Assembly (NCBI GenBank): GCA_021613535.1
Contig: CP075495.1
Coordinates: forward strand, 1,674,001 to 1,738,000
Length of the DNA stretch: 64,000 nt
Reading direction: 5' to 3'
From: Adineta vaga
Taxonomy: Eukaryota; Animalia; Rotifera
In this document: positions 38,894-51,359 of the stretch, one piece after another
How positions within the stretch are numbered: the first letter of the stretch is position 1
How the letters are laid out: each line of letters begins with the position of its first letter
Translations under genes and position numbers: made by a program
The notes under the pieces: generated by a model
Told to the model about the DNA's origin: nothing
Database searches by the model: none
Seen by the model: only the letters and a program-made list of their open reading frames with translations

Positions 38894-39322
38894 CTTTATG
38901 GCAACAATAAAGTGAAATTTGAAAAACAACTATCGCGTTTTTATTATTATTGTATTGTGAAAAAACCCAGTTAAAATGAAAGAGAACGGAAGAAAAAAGT
39001 GTGAAGTCGCACAAGTGGAAAGATCACGTTTCTTTATAAAGTTGTTGATTGAGGGTGAGTTTGTTTTTTGATAACATATTTATATATCAATGCCACTCAC
39101 ACTCCAAGATGGTAGAAATTTTTACGGGTAGCTTAAATATTCCCTGGTGGCTTTATGGTTGTTTTACTGATTGAAAATTATTATTAGACGTTAAAAGAGG
39201 GAGGAAAACTTTTCCTTCAACATATTCACATTCTGACCCTTTTCGCAATGTTTTCATGTTTCATTTATCAATTAAAACAAAATTATATATATCAAAAGAT
39301 AAAACAGTGTATATATTTATAA

Positions 39323-40047
39323 TCAAAACGAGTTAGTATCCATTGTAGAATGAATATCTTCTATAACTTCTTTGATAATCGATCGATTTGTTGTTGAAGA
39401 TGGATCAAATATATGTTCAATAAATTGCAAATTTGATATATAATTAAAAATGTAATCAATTTTTCCATGATATTTGTCTGCCAGATGTGTCGAAATAATT
39501 CTATGCGTTACATCTTGACATTCTATAAGCGTTTGTATTAATACAGATCGATCAGTATGTGAATTATTTTCATATAATTTCATTATAGATTCAGCTAACA
39601 AACGAAATCGATTACGAACTTCATCAATTAATTTCATTTCATTTTCGTTAAATAAATCACTTTTATATAAAATACTCGTTTTGAAAATTGTTTTCACAAT
39701 TGTTTTACGTAATTTATTTGCATCTTTTTTACCTGAATAACTACTTGCTAATGCATATAACTTATCTAATCGACTATTATATTTTTCATTCATAAAAACT
39801 TTCGCTACAAATTTTGAAGATAATTTTCTATAAAGAGAGAAAGAGTAAAAAAGTACAAAAGAAATTATAATTACCCCGCAATGTTTTTCTGCAAACGTAT
39901 GTTAGGACTTAAAGTAGAAGAAGAAGAAGCAGCATTCGTGGAAGTTTCTTCTTCATCAGCTGAAAATAACCAAAATTTCAATATATAATGATCGATAAAA
40001 ACAAACTGAAGATATAAAACAATACGAACATTCAGAAGCTGCTTCAT
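39323..40047 (-). CDS. TNFAIP8: TNFAIP8/TIPE family protein, 3 exons
   Basis: IRLQKNIAG|KLSSKFVAKVFMNEKYNSRLDKLY, KTIVKTIFKTSILYKSDLFNENE and HLADKYHGKIDYIFNY match TIPE motifs (divergent copy). Confidence 0.85.
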
Positions 40048-40508
40048 ATTTTTCAGTAAATTGTGATGAGATTGAATTTGTTGTTGATAATTCTTGTTTA
40101 TTATGTGATCTCGACGACATCTATTAATATATACGTAATATTCTATTTCTAACGATGTGTGATAGATCAATCTAGAATTACATTCTTATCCGTGAAACAA
40201 TTGAAAGAAATACACGAATCTGTATTATAATATAGAATAAAAATAAGCTATCAGCACTGATGAGGTTGGTCAAGAACAAATGTCTTTATCGCGACGTTAT
40301 CAGTTGACCATGTAAAAATCTATAACGCTTGTCTCAATATGTTATCATATCTTTTTAAATTAGAACAGAATAAAACTCATTGTAAAAAGAAAAACAACAA
40401 TTCATACGGTATGTGTTTTTTAATTTGATTTTTTAGAACTAATTATTAATCTATTTTATTTTGAAATAGAGTCAATCGATTATTAGTGTGAAAAAATCAG
40501 CTAATATA

Positions 40509-41894
40509 ATGAATACTTCAGACAAAGTAATGTGTACGATGTGTACTACGCAACTGATTCCTTCCATTGTATCATGTCAAGGTTGTTCGAAGAATTTGTG
40601 TCGGAAACATTTCAGTGAACATCGTGATGCGCTTTCTGTCGATTTACGTGATATATGTGATTATCATAATAATATTTTACAGCAGTTACAAGTTCAAATT
40701 AATTGTGAAGAAGGCACATCATATAATAATATTCATGATTTATTAAAAAAAATAGATGAATGGGAAAAGATTACAATTGAATCTGTATCACAAAGAGCAC
40801 AAGAAGCACGTACCACTATTCAGTGTCTTAATAATCCAACAAAACAATATCATACACTAAAACAAAAACTAAATAAAATGAGAGAAGACTTTAAAGAACA
40901 AGAAGTATCCGAAAGCTTCGTAGAAACTGATATCAATCAATGGAATCATCAATTAAATCAAATCAAAATTAATCTTGATCAACTATCAAAAATTAAAACT
41001 AATCCTCCTGTACTTCAGATCGAGAATATGGACTGGAGTAGTACTATCAAGATTTTATTCCCATTCAAAATACCAGAACAAGAGTTACCGTTACAGCAGA
41101 TAGAAAAACAGTTGCAGAAGACATTAGAGGACTTGCTTCCATTGCTATCATTTTCCGATGAGCTGACAAAGATGTGCCAGACGAAAAAATGTTTGATAAT
41201 GAAAATAGTAGACATAGGACTCAAAGAATCAAAATATCAGTTTTTGAAGATGCAGAAAGAGTTTAACAAACTGAATGAAAAACTGAGTCTGAATATATGT
41301 CTAAGACAGGCGCTACAGAACTTATTCTTGACATTATTACAAACGTTAGTAAGACAGATACATCAGGAGATGGATAGAGAGATACATCAGGACAGGAATA
41401 GAGTGATACTACAGGACTATATTCTAGGACTTTTGAAGAAGTATAGACTGAATGGAAAGGTTCTAAAAATTCTGGCGCAAAAGTCGATGACGAAATTCAA
41501 TGATCAATCACAGCAAATGAGCACGGAGCTGAATGCACAGGCACCGGAAGAATTGTTAGAGACGAATTTGAGCTTTCTAACGAAGATATTGTATAACTTG
41601 GCGCTGAAGTTGTTGGTAAAATTACAGGAAGAGTTAGAAAACAACAAGTTATTGTACTTAAATTGGGAAGAGACAGAGAATCTTATATTAATACTGATAC
41701 TAGAACTTCTTGTAGGATTGCAGGAGGAGTTAAAGAAGAATGTATTAAAATTAAAGCAACTGGATAAAAATCAACAGGACCAGTTGAAGAACGTGTTGGG
41801 ATGGGCAACGAAGAATTATGTAAAGGATAAAGTGGCAAAGTGGTTGCAGGAACTCACATCGTCATCATCTGAATCAGAGTCGGATTCGAATTGA
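40509..41894 (+). CDS. B-box-type zinc finger plus coiled-coil protein with an atypical C-terminal half
   Basis: CTMC...CQGCSKNLCRKHFSEHR B-box; KIDEWEKITIESVSQRAQEAR and FVETDINQW coiled coil; single 462-aa coding exon. Confidence 0.75.
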   Translation: MNTSDKVMCTMCTTQLIPSIVSCQGCSKNLCRKHFSEHRDALSVDLRDICDYHNNILQQLQVQINCEEGTSYNNIHDLLKKIDEWEKITIESVSQRAQEARTTIQCLNNPTKQYHTLKQKLNKMREDFKEQEVSESFVETDINQWNHQLNQIKINLDQLSKIKTNPPVLQIENMDWSSTIKILFPFKIPEQELPLQQIEKQLQKTLEDLLPLLSFSDELTKMCQTKKCLIMKIVDIGLKESKYQFLKMQKEFNKLNEKLSLNICLRQALQNLFLTLLQTLVRQIHQEMDREIHQDRNRVILQDYILGLLKKYRLNGKVLKILAQKSMTKFNDQSQQMSTELNAQAPEELLETNLSFLTKILYNLALKLLVKLQEELENNKLLYLNWEETENLILILILELLVGLQEELKKNVLKLKQLDKNQQDQLKNVLGWATKNYVKDKVAKWLQELTSSSSESESDSN

Positions 41895-42130
41895 TAGTCA
41901 CAAGCATTCTATCAACTTATCACTATTATTCAATATGAATGATTTTTCTAATTTTAATTTTGATTAATAAGAAATAAATATATGAGGCCGAAAAACTACG
42001 AAAAAGAAATAATAGAAATACAATCTAGGTAAATATTGTAGTTGCTGATCGAGCATTTTGATGGTAGTTGACAAAGTAAGCAGTCTTCAACTCTATTTAT
42101 GCTTTCGGAGATGACATAGGAGTGATGCTT

Positions 42131-42271
42131 GAGCGTGGGTGTGGTGTGCGCTCCCATCTTATTCTTATTCACCCACACCCACCCTAAAAAAATAGTGAAG
42201 ATTTACAAAAATTTCCGAAGGGTGTGGGTGAGGGTGAAGAAGAGATACCGTGACTCACACCCACACCCTCG
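42131..42271. repeat. Two head-to-head copies of the TGTGGG/TGAGGG hairpin element
   Basis: 42131-42185 reads GAGCGTGGGTGTGG...CACCCACACCCACCCT; 42216-42271 reads CGAAGGGTGTGGGTGAGGGTGAAGAAGAGATACCGTGACTCACACCCACACCCTCG. Confidence 0.75.
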
Positions 42272-42414
42272 AGATAATAGTTGAAGAAGAATGAAAAAGA
42301 TCATCGAATAGAAATTGGCTCATAATCACAGATATCAATCATAAATTTATTTATGTTAATTAAAAAATATTCGGAAGATATGAATTACAAATGAAAAATA
42401 TTTAAGAATTTTGA

Positions 42415-45400
42415 TCAATTCTGTTCTTGTTCATTATCATATAAACGTTTATATTTCATCAGAGCTTGATTGATTTCATCATCAGATGGTTCACGTAAAC
42501 TTCGTCTAATTAAATAAAATAAATAAACATAAGATAAATACTATTGCAAGAAATATTCGTAATTACTTAAACAAATGAAAAAGTGTTTTAACAAAATATG
42601 TATTCATTAATCCATGATGACTTTGAGCAAATCCACTTTCGTCAAATCGAGCGACATTTAATGAAAATAACTTGAAAATTGAAGAAGAAAGATCAAATTA
42701 AATTCACTAAATAAATCAATAGACATACTTCAACAATAAATCCCAGTACCAAAGCTAAGATATAAACATTAGATAAAAACCACCAACTAACCAGATATAA
42801 TTGACTCCATCTAAAAAGAAAAATTTTCTTGATACTTAACTAAACACATTTTCAATTAACCTTGTAGAAAATTCTCGAAGAGCAACTAAGAACACACCCC
42901 AATTATTAACTAACATCACATCATATAACACCACAACAGTTGACTAAAAACGAATGATATTTTCTTCTTCTTGCTTTTCCTGTCGCAACACTTACAAAAA
43001 AATCATCGAAATTATTCGCCCAATATTGACTTTGTTGATACGAACCACACGTAGCATTTCTAAATAAATGAATTGAAAAACTGTAAATATCATTTCTTAT
43101 CTTACACAATATCTGATTCGGTCGGTGGTTTAATAACTCCACGAAAAAGCCACATACCCAACACAGCATAACTATAGAATAAACACTAAGTAAAACGAAA
43201 TTCTTTTTTTTTTCTGTTAATTGAGAGAAATTAAAACATACAATAAGTATTCCAATAAATGCTTTTAAATTTTTCATTCCATCACTAATTGTTCCCATAA
43301 TAATTCCATAATTAGTAAAATGTGGCATTGAACGAATTGTTCGAAAAACAACAAATAAATTCAGTATACGTGTTATAGCCCATATTGAAGTTGCTGTTCC
43401 TCGGGCATCACGTGCAACTTCACTAAAAACAACAAAATCACATTATTCGAGAGAAAAACAAATGTTCATTTACCTTGCTGTTATACTTAAAGTTCCATAG
43501 ATACCACAATGAACAATATGAAGGACCTATTCAACATATAAACTTACGAAAAATCATTAGGAAAATATTGTAAATAGTTACAAATAAAGCAAGAGCTATA
43601 CTAGCATCAAATGTATTGAAAAGATATTTAAAGAATACTTTTGGACGAAGTGACCAAAGTTTAAGACTTGATTCCAAAAAATAATAAATACAGAATGAAA
43701 ATAAAATATTCTAAATCGTAAATAAACAATCTTAATTACTATTTCTTCTCATAAAATACCATTTTACCGATAGAAAAACATCGATTGTAAAAAATTTCGG
43801 ATGATATCGAAGACTACCTTCAACCTAAATAGATACAAATTCATCTCATTTCATCTCATCTCATTATCTTTTCTACATACGACAAGAATAATAAAATTAA
43901 TAAGACCAATTGCATTTCCAAACCAAGTTAAATATTTCGAAGCACCAATTAATTGAACTAATGCCCATATACCTGTATATTCATGATGTTCAATCGGCTA
44001 GAAAAAAAAGACATTTATTTTCTTAACAAAACTTTTCATATACCATTTTTTGAATATCAGCATCCAATGATAACATTGCTAATGAAAACATATCCCAATT
44101 GACTTCATTATTCTGTTCATTATTTCTTGATAATGTCTAATAGATAGAATTATTCAATTGAAATTCTACTAAAAGAATAAAGCTTTACATTCAACAATTC
44201 TTGTTTCAGAAGATAAGGTAAATTTGAATTCGAAATCACTTGTGTCACAACTAACATTGGTGCTGTTGTTCGTGATCTAAAATTTTCGATTACATTTCAT
44301 AGAACAAATAAACAAAACTAACATTCGATGAGTAAGTAACGACGTTATTGTATCATCAGTTGTTGTTGTTGTTGTCAATGATGAAGTTGGAATGATTTGT
44401 CGTTCAAGTAGAACATCGAAACAAGCACGAACAGCTAAACGACGACGAAATAATGAATTTTGCATTGATGTCTAACAAAAACATTGACAAAATTAATATT
44501 CACAAAAATTCTATTTACTGTGAAGAATTCTTTGAATGTATTCATTTTAATAACAGTAAATAATGTCATTAAACAATATAATCCTAAATAAAAATAGATA
44601 TGTCGAGTTTTATATTTATAGAAATAATTTACCAATTGTAAGAAAAACAGCAAAATAGATGATGTACAATCGATTTTTTGAATAGGCAGGAATAGTAACT
44701 AAACGATTGAAGAAGATTTTTCTTTTCTATGAAAAAGAGAGCAAGGAAGATTTTTCTTTTTCTTTACTATCAGGATTATTCGCAGTTGTTAAAAGTACAA
44801 CTAAATTCAATAATGAATCTGCAAAATCCGGAAAATATTTTGTTCCTTCATCAGCTCGTTCATTGGGAGAATCTTTCTAGAAAAAGAATTGTGAATAGCT
44901 TTTGAAATTAATTCATAAAATAGATACTTTTACGGGTGGAAATAAAATCATTCCAATAACCGAAAAGAAATAGACATGAATACCAAGAAGAATTGTAACA
45001 CTAGAAATCTTCTAATTCAAACAGAATTAATTCTCAATAAACAAAATTACCTAAGAATTTGTAAGAATGATTTACGTAAACTATTGAATATTTTTTTCAT
45101 TTCTTGTGATATCACAGCCATGTAGAATGGTCGTAATAGAAATCGTATGTTTACTGTCTATTGAAGAGGGAAAAGATTGATAAACTTGTCGTTTATAATA
45201 GAATTTTTACTTTGATTTGACAACCTAAACTTGATGATATGATTAAATCAATCATTGAAACAGTTGTAACAATAAAATAAGCGATAATCCATGGTTTTTT
45301 TCGAGCATTTATTAATCCAATTAAATAAATCTAAAGAAATTCAAAAGTAAATTCATAGATACATAGATATTCATCTTACTCGAATAATCACATCGATATA

Positions 45401-45739
45401 GAATATAATTAAACATAAGAATTCAATTGTTATCTGTACACTACATGGTAATGTTAAACGATTTCGTTCTTGTCGTAAATCAGATGTTCGACTAAATGAT
45501 GATGGATATTGAATGAATATTAATAATAATTGACATGAAACAATCAATGTTAATAGACGTTGAATCCATTTTGACCAATATAATCGATAGAGTTTTAAAA
45601 TATTCAATGGTGATAATTTATGAGCTATAGAACGAAATGAATATGCATCTTCAAGAAGAACAATTGCTTGAACAAGATGTCGTTCGGACCATGATTCACG
45701 TGTGCCATGACGTGGATCATCCACAATTATATCTGACAT
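42415..45739 (-). CDS. TPCN2: Two-pore channel 2, multi-exon
   Basis: LVQAIVLLEDAYSFRSIAHK; pore 1 LLTTANNPD.TIPAYSKNR; LFRRRLAVRACFDVL; CGSYQQSQYWANNFDDF; pore 2 VNNWGVFL. Stop at 42415-42417. Confidence 0.93.
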
Positions 45740-45931
45740 CTGTCTACCGGTTCAAAATTTATCAAATATGATCTACAAGAATCGTTGTTATGAATAGCAA
45801 AGATATGATAAGTGATCATTTTGTTTTTTGTTCTACGTCAAGAGATTTTTTATTTTGAAATGAAAAAGAGAATAAAATTCAATCTAATAGAAAAACAAAA
45901 TGGACGGAAATGAGTTCATTACATGAATTAA

Positions 45932-46456
45932 TTAATTGGTTTTTTGTTTCGTTGGTTTTTTGCAGAATGATAAGACTGCTGTAAAAACGAGTATTAATTC
46001 GAATACACAAAATCCAAGTTGAGTACAACCAATAATAAGATCAAGTTTCAAAACAAACCATTGAAAAAATGTCCAATAAAGAAATGTACCAATTGATAGG
46101 AATGTAAATAGAAATCCAATAATAATGTAGAATAAATGTTCAGTGAGATTGGCATAGATTATTATTTCTAAACGAATATATTCTAATGTTAATGTCAAAC
46201 ATAATGCAAAGATTTCAAAGCCATAGATAGTCCAATTTGTTGGCATTGGAATAAGACCTTTCCAAACGAAGATTAAGATTTCAGCCACGAACCACTAGAA
46301 TAGAAAATATAACGATCGATTTTTACTTAATTCAAATCTTACGAGAAAAACAATTGGTCGATGAATATGACATAATGATTGTAATGGAATGGAAGATCGA
46401 ACAATAGAATTTTCATCTGTTACACGCGCATCAAACGTTGATTTTGTTTGACTCAT
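45932..46456 (-). CDS. TMEM216: Ciliary transition-zone protein, TMEM216/TMEM17/TMEM80 family; 2 exons
   Basis: VRSSIPLQSL, EILIFVWKGLIPMP and LEYIRLEIIIYANLTE match the Transmemb_17 family; four TM segments. Confidence 0.75.
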
Positions 46457-46508
46457 TTTATCTGAAAATAAAAAAAAGACAAAAGAGAATATAATCGGAT
46501 ATGTTTAT

Positions 46509-47042
46509 TTATTCATCATTTAATTCTTCAAGTTTTTTTTCAATTTCATCTTTTCTTTTCATTTTTGTTAGTTGATCTTTATCTAGACTAGATGCATCTT
46601 GTTCATAACGTTTTTCTAAAATGTTTATTTCTTTTAATAATTTTTGAAGTTTTTTCACTTCTTTGCTTTTTTCTTCATCAGGTGTTCGTGTTGTTAGTTT
46701 GGCCATTTGATTTCTCAATTGTTTTTCTTCTTTTTCTAATTTCTTCGCTCGTGCAGCTTTTTCTTCTTCAGTTAAAACCATTCCAGGTATCAAATTGCCG
46801 TTTTCAATACGTCGTTTTGTTTCTACTTGTGCTTGTTGTCCCATAGATTGATACACCGGCATTTCTTCTTGTGGAACATAGTTTTCTTTAACACGAATTG
46901 CTTTTCTCCATGTTCCATCGGGTCGTTGTGAACCAGGAATGAATGTATCACCAGTTTTCGGATCACGTACAATATTTGCACGTTCAAATGCTGCACCACG
47001 TGCAGTCATTTTCTGTCCAGAATTTGAAGGCGTAGCAGACAT
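46509..47042 (-). CDS. PYM1: Partner of Y14 and mago (PYM/wibg), exon junction complex disassembly factor
   Basis: [31 protein letters not shown]; C-terminal [26 protein letters not shown]. Confidence 0.96.
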   Translation of the reverse strand: MSATPSNSGQKMTARGAAFERANIVRDPKTGDTFIPGSQRPDGTWRKAIRVKENYVPQEEMPVYQSMGQQAQVETKRRIENGNLIPGMVLTEEEKAARAKKLEKEEKQLRNQMAKLTTRTPDEEKSKEVKKLQKLLKEINILEKRYEQDASSLDKDQLTKMKRKDEIEKKLEELNDE

Positions 47043-47177
47043 CTAGAAATCAAAACGAACATGTTTTCTTTCTTTTGTTTTTGAATATTGAGAACACACA
47101 CACACAAACACACATACAAAACAATTGAGAATGTACAGTTCTTATATAAATAGATTTACTACTAGGAAAAATAGAAA

Positions 47178-50100
47178 TTAACGTGTTGAGAAACGGGACG
47201 AAGGAGAAGAAGAGGAGGAGGAGGAATTTTTTAAGGATGGAGGCGAATGAAATGTATCGAGAACTTGAGTACGAAGTTGTTCAACGACATGATAAAATTT
47301 CACAGCTGGACCAAGTTTAAATTCTAATAAATCTTGAACTGTATCTAAATCATTGAGAAGAAGAAGGGCAGCACCATCAATTTCCTTGAAATAAACAATT
47401 GGAAGAAGAATAGAAAGGAAAGTTAGTATTCAAATTTACTTGTTCTTTTATTGTTTTTAATGCAAAGGAACATCCAGATTCATTTAAATACCAACAGACA
47501 TCATTTACATTCCATGTCAATGGATTTCGTGGATCGATCGGTGGTGGAATTGGATAGGATGTAGATCGAATAGGTGATACGGTTGGTGTTATTTCAGTTT
47601 TAATTGTAGGAATATTGGGAGATTGAGATTGAGGAATTGATCGTCGATTTTTCTTGATTTTATTTGTTGAAGAGGACACATCCGATCTGACAGGAGGAGG
47701 AGGAGAAACAATTGTTGGAGATAATGAACGTTTTTTCTTTGATATTCGTGAACGTTTTGTTTCTAGAAAGAGATAAACTTCTATGAGAAAAGGAAAAATG
47801 CTTCATCTGTAAATAGGAACCTTGGATGGGCGCATGAGTTGTTGTTGATGATGAGGAAGAGGAGGAAGTTTCTGATACTCCATGTTGATTTATTTCAACC
47901 GATTCTTGTTTGATCGCTATTGATGATACTTTAGATGCATCAATAACTTTCTGTTTTCTATTTGTTCGTGTTATCGTATGTGTTTTTGGTTCGATATGAA
48001 CACGAAAACCACGTGTTTGTCGATCACTACCTGGTAATGGTAAAGGATCATGTGTACTAGTAATGGTTGTTGATGACATTTCTATCGATGGAGATTCTTC
48101 TACAACAGGACTGGACACATTTGAAGAGATAGTAGTATTCTTTAAATGACATAATAAAGATTTTTGTTTTCGATAACGATTTTGTGCTGCACGAAATTGA
48201 CTTCGTTTATGTTTGGAATGGATTGAAAAAGCTAAAAGTGAAAATAGAAGATCGAAAGTTCTGTCATACGAATCTTTTTTTTTCACATACCAAAAGTATT
48301 GGATAGAATATGACAATGATCGGAACAATGATGTTCAATACGTTGAACACTGAGAAGATTAGGACAAGCTTCTAATTGGGTACAAGCATGACGAAGATAA
48401 TGCTGCACAGATCGAGGTTCAGTTGGAAGAGAAATCGGACGAATTAATTTCGAAAATCGTTTTGCAGATTTAATCTGTTCTGTTCGAAGATTGCATTTTG
48501 ATTCGGAATTTATCTGATGATCTAATCGACGTAATACACGTTGAGCAGTTGTAGGTAAAACTGATAGAAGATGATGAAATACATCAATGAGAACGTAACG
48601 ATAAGGTCCGGGACCGAATTGAGATGGTATACGTGCAAGACGTGATGAACAGAGATGTGGACCAGAAAAACAACGAATATTCACATAGATCGTCAATAGA
48701 TATATATCGTTCAAATAGACTCGAGGAATTTGTGGATAGTGAGTTACTGTTGAAAATAAGCTAGCAAATAAAACATAATTCAATCCGACATCTTTCTTCA
48801 TAGTATAAATATCACTTACTCATAACGATTTTGTTCATAAGTTTTAATATTCATTTGATATTGAATTGGTGTAATCAGTTCAAAACCATTCAATTTCGCC
48901 CATCCAACTGGAAATATATCCATCGAATTGATTGGTAGAACATGATAAAATAAATGTTCATCTTTGAGTAGTCTTGTATCATCAATTCGTATCCACATCA
49001 AATGATCAATAATATGAATAATAGTCACTGAAAAAACACAATCTTTATCATTTAATCTATAGATCATTTCCATTTTCATTCCAGGTTCTGCTCGATTATT
49101 TCCTGCGGCATTCAATGTAATCAAATTAAAACAACGTTCTGGTGCTAAATCACTTAGTCCATGTTTTTCAGTATAAAAATTCCAGTAATCTTCCGATTGA
49201 CGAATAGATTTACCATTCAGTAATGTAAGTTTATGTTCTGCAGCCCAATGTGCAGGTAATAAACGTGGATCAGTTGAATACGAAACAAATGATATTTCAT
49301 TGTCATCTTCATTGTCAATAATTACATCGAAATAATATTCATTATGAATATGACCAATTCGTCCAATAAAAACATTTTGATTTTTCATATCAAAGATTTC
49401 TAATTTCATTCGTTCAGTAAAACGATGTTTACTTATTTCCTGTTGATCTTTGAATAATTTCGAAGGAAAAAATTGTGTCTTGAATTGCAATAAACACGTA
49501 TCAATAATATGTTGTTTATCAATAGGCAATGTTAAGCATGATGGAATATCATATGAATAAATCGAATTATTAGTCGATGTCCAACCGATTGGATGAATAC
49601 GATAATCAAGATAAAATAAATAAATATCACAATTGGACAGATTAGAATCTTCTTCTTCTTCGTTGTTATTATTACCGGTTATTTTAGTGATATATCGAAG
49701 ATGTAATCGACCACCTTGATTCTTTAAAATTCGCACAAACCACAATGTCCAAGGACGTTGATAATCTTGTAATTCAAATACCATACCAACTTTTAATTGT
49801 TCTACAGGAGTTAAACCAATTTCCTAAATCGAATAAAAAGTATATTCAATTAATGATCTATGTATATATGAATATTACTTTATCAAATAAATACGTAGGT
49901 GATGTTTCATAACTATCTTCATTTTCTCCTTTAATAACAATTGATTGTTTATCATTTCCATTCAAAACAATATTATTATTCACTGTTGTTTGTTGAATTG
50001 CTCGTTTTGTTACTACTGGTGGTGGTAACATTAATTTACTATTATCTTTACACCAGCCAATTGGATGACATCGTTGTTCATAAACATATGCCCAAAAATC

Positions 50101-51118
50101 ATTCGATTTATCTTCATCGGGAATTCCGACATAATGTAAACGAATTAAATGATGTGAAACAAATTGTATTTGTGTTAACCAATATAAATCACGTTGAACA
50201 TCATAACAATATTCAAGTTTCATATCGATTTCCAAACCGGATTGAATTGATGTAAGATAATGATCGAAAAATTCTTCTGATACAGAACGTTCATCAATGT
50301 ACGAGAAATAGTTTGACCAGAGAAAATTTGACGAAGACAAAGAAGAAGAAAACGTTGCACAAGAATAAAGTTCATGAAAGATAATACGGGAGGAGAATGA
50401 ACTAAAAACAAATATATGAAAAACAAATAAAATAATAGTGAAAGATAAGATTTACTTGATTTTTTTCGTCGTATAATAAAGATCCATTTGGGATTGAGTA
50501 GAATTATCTGACAATGAAGATTTAACTATCGAATTATGTTTGAATTGATCTGTTAATGATTGATTCGTGTCTAGATTAACATCGGGATTTGATAAAGATA
50601 TTCTTTGGCAATCATCATCAATGGAATCTGTATATGCACAGGATAGATCTTCTCTCCAATGATCATTATTTTCTGTTGTTAGAATCGGTCGTTGACTAAG
50701 ATCAAGAATGGATTCATCCGTTGATGTTTTTTTAGAATTAGTATCGGATTGACATGATGTAATTGAGATATTAGAAGTTTCTAGATGACCTATTTGAGTA
50801 TCTATGGTCACTAGGTGATCAGATGTTGTATCCATCAATATGTTCTGTTCTTTTACATTATTGTCATCTGGAAAACGAAAAAGAACGAAAAAAACTTTTT
50901 CTTTTTTTTCTTCTTCTATATTCTTAATAATCGTGGACGATCAAGGTCAAATTGATTGAACTAAAATAATAGCGCTTTATGGCGAAAAAATACTTGTTGA
51001 TATGAATAATATCATGTAAAAAATATCGTTCCTTAGGAAAGAAAAGTTTGGCTGAGAAGAGAAACGAAGAGAGACAAGACGACAGGGAGAGAAGAGAGAG
51101 AATATTACCTTTTATCAT
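47178..51118 (-). CDS. SFMBT1: Scm-like protein with MBT repeats, SLED and SAM domains (SFMBT family Polycomb protein)
   Basis: Four MBT-like repeats (FLWSNY..MKLE..CHPIGWC, IHPIGW, LLPAHWA, IFPVGWA), SLED (CFSGPHLCSSRLARIPSQFGPGP) and SAM (PLTWNVNDVCWYL..KEQ|EIDGAALLLL..LGPAVK). Short first exon MIK at 51109-51118. Confidence 0.9.
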
Positions 51119-51359
51119 TCACAATACAATTGTTGATCATTATTTCAACCATTCAGAAGAAAAAAAAACGTTTTGCTTACAGTAGATGGCGCTTTTCTTT
51201 ACTTACAATATTTATGATCAGGAATGATATAGACTATGTTTTTTATACGAAAAAAATAGGTATTTCAATTCAAATGATGAAATTCTGTCGTTTCTCTTAC
51301 GGAAAAATCCAACAAATACAAGAAATTTCATGTGGCGAATTGATGTTATGAAATGAATT

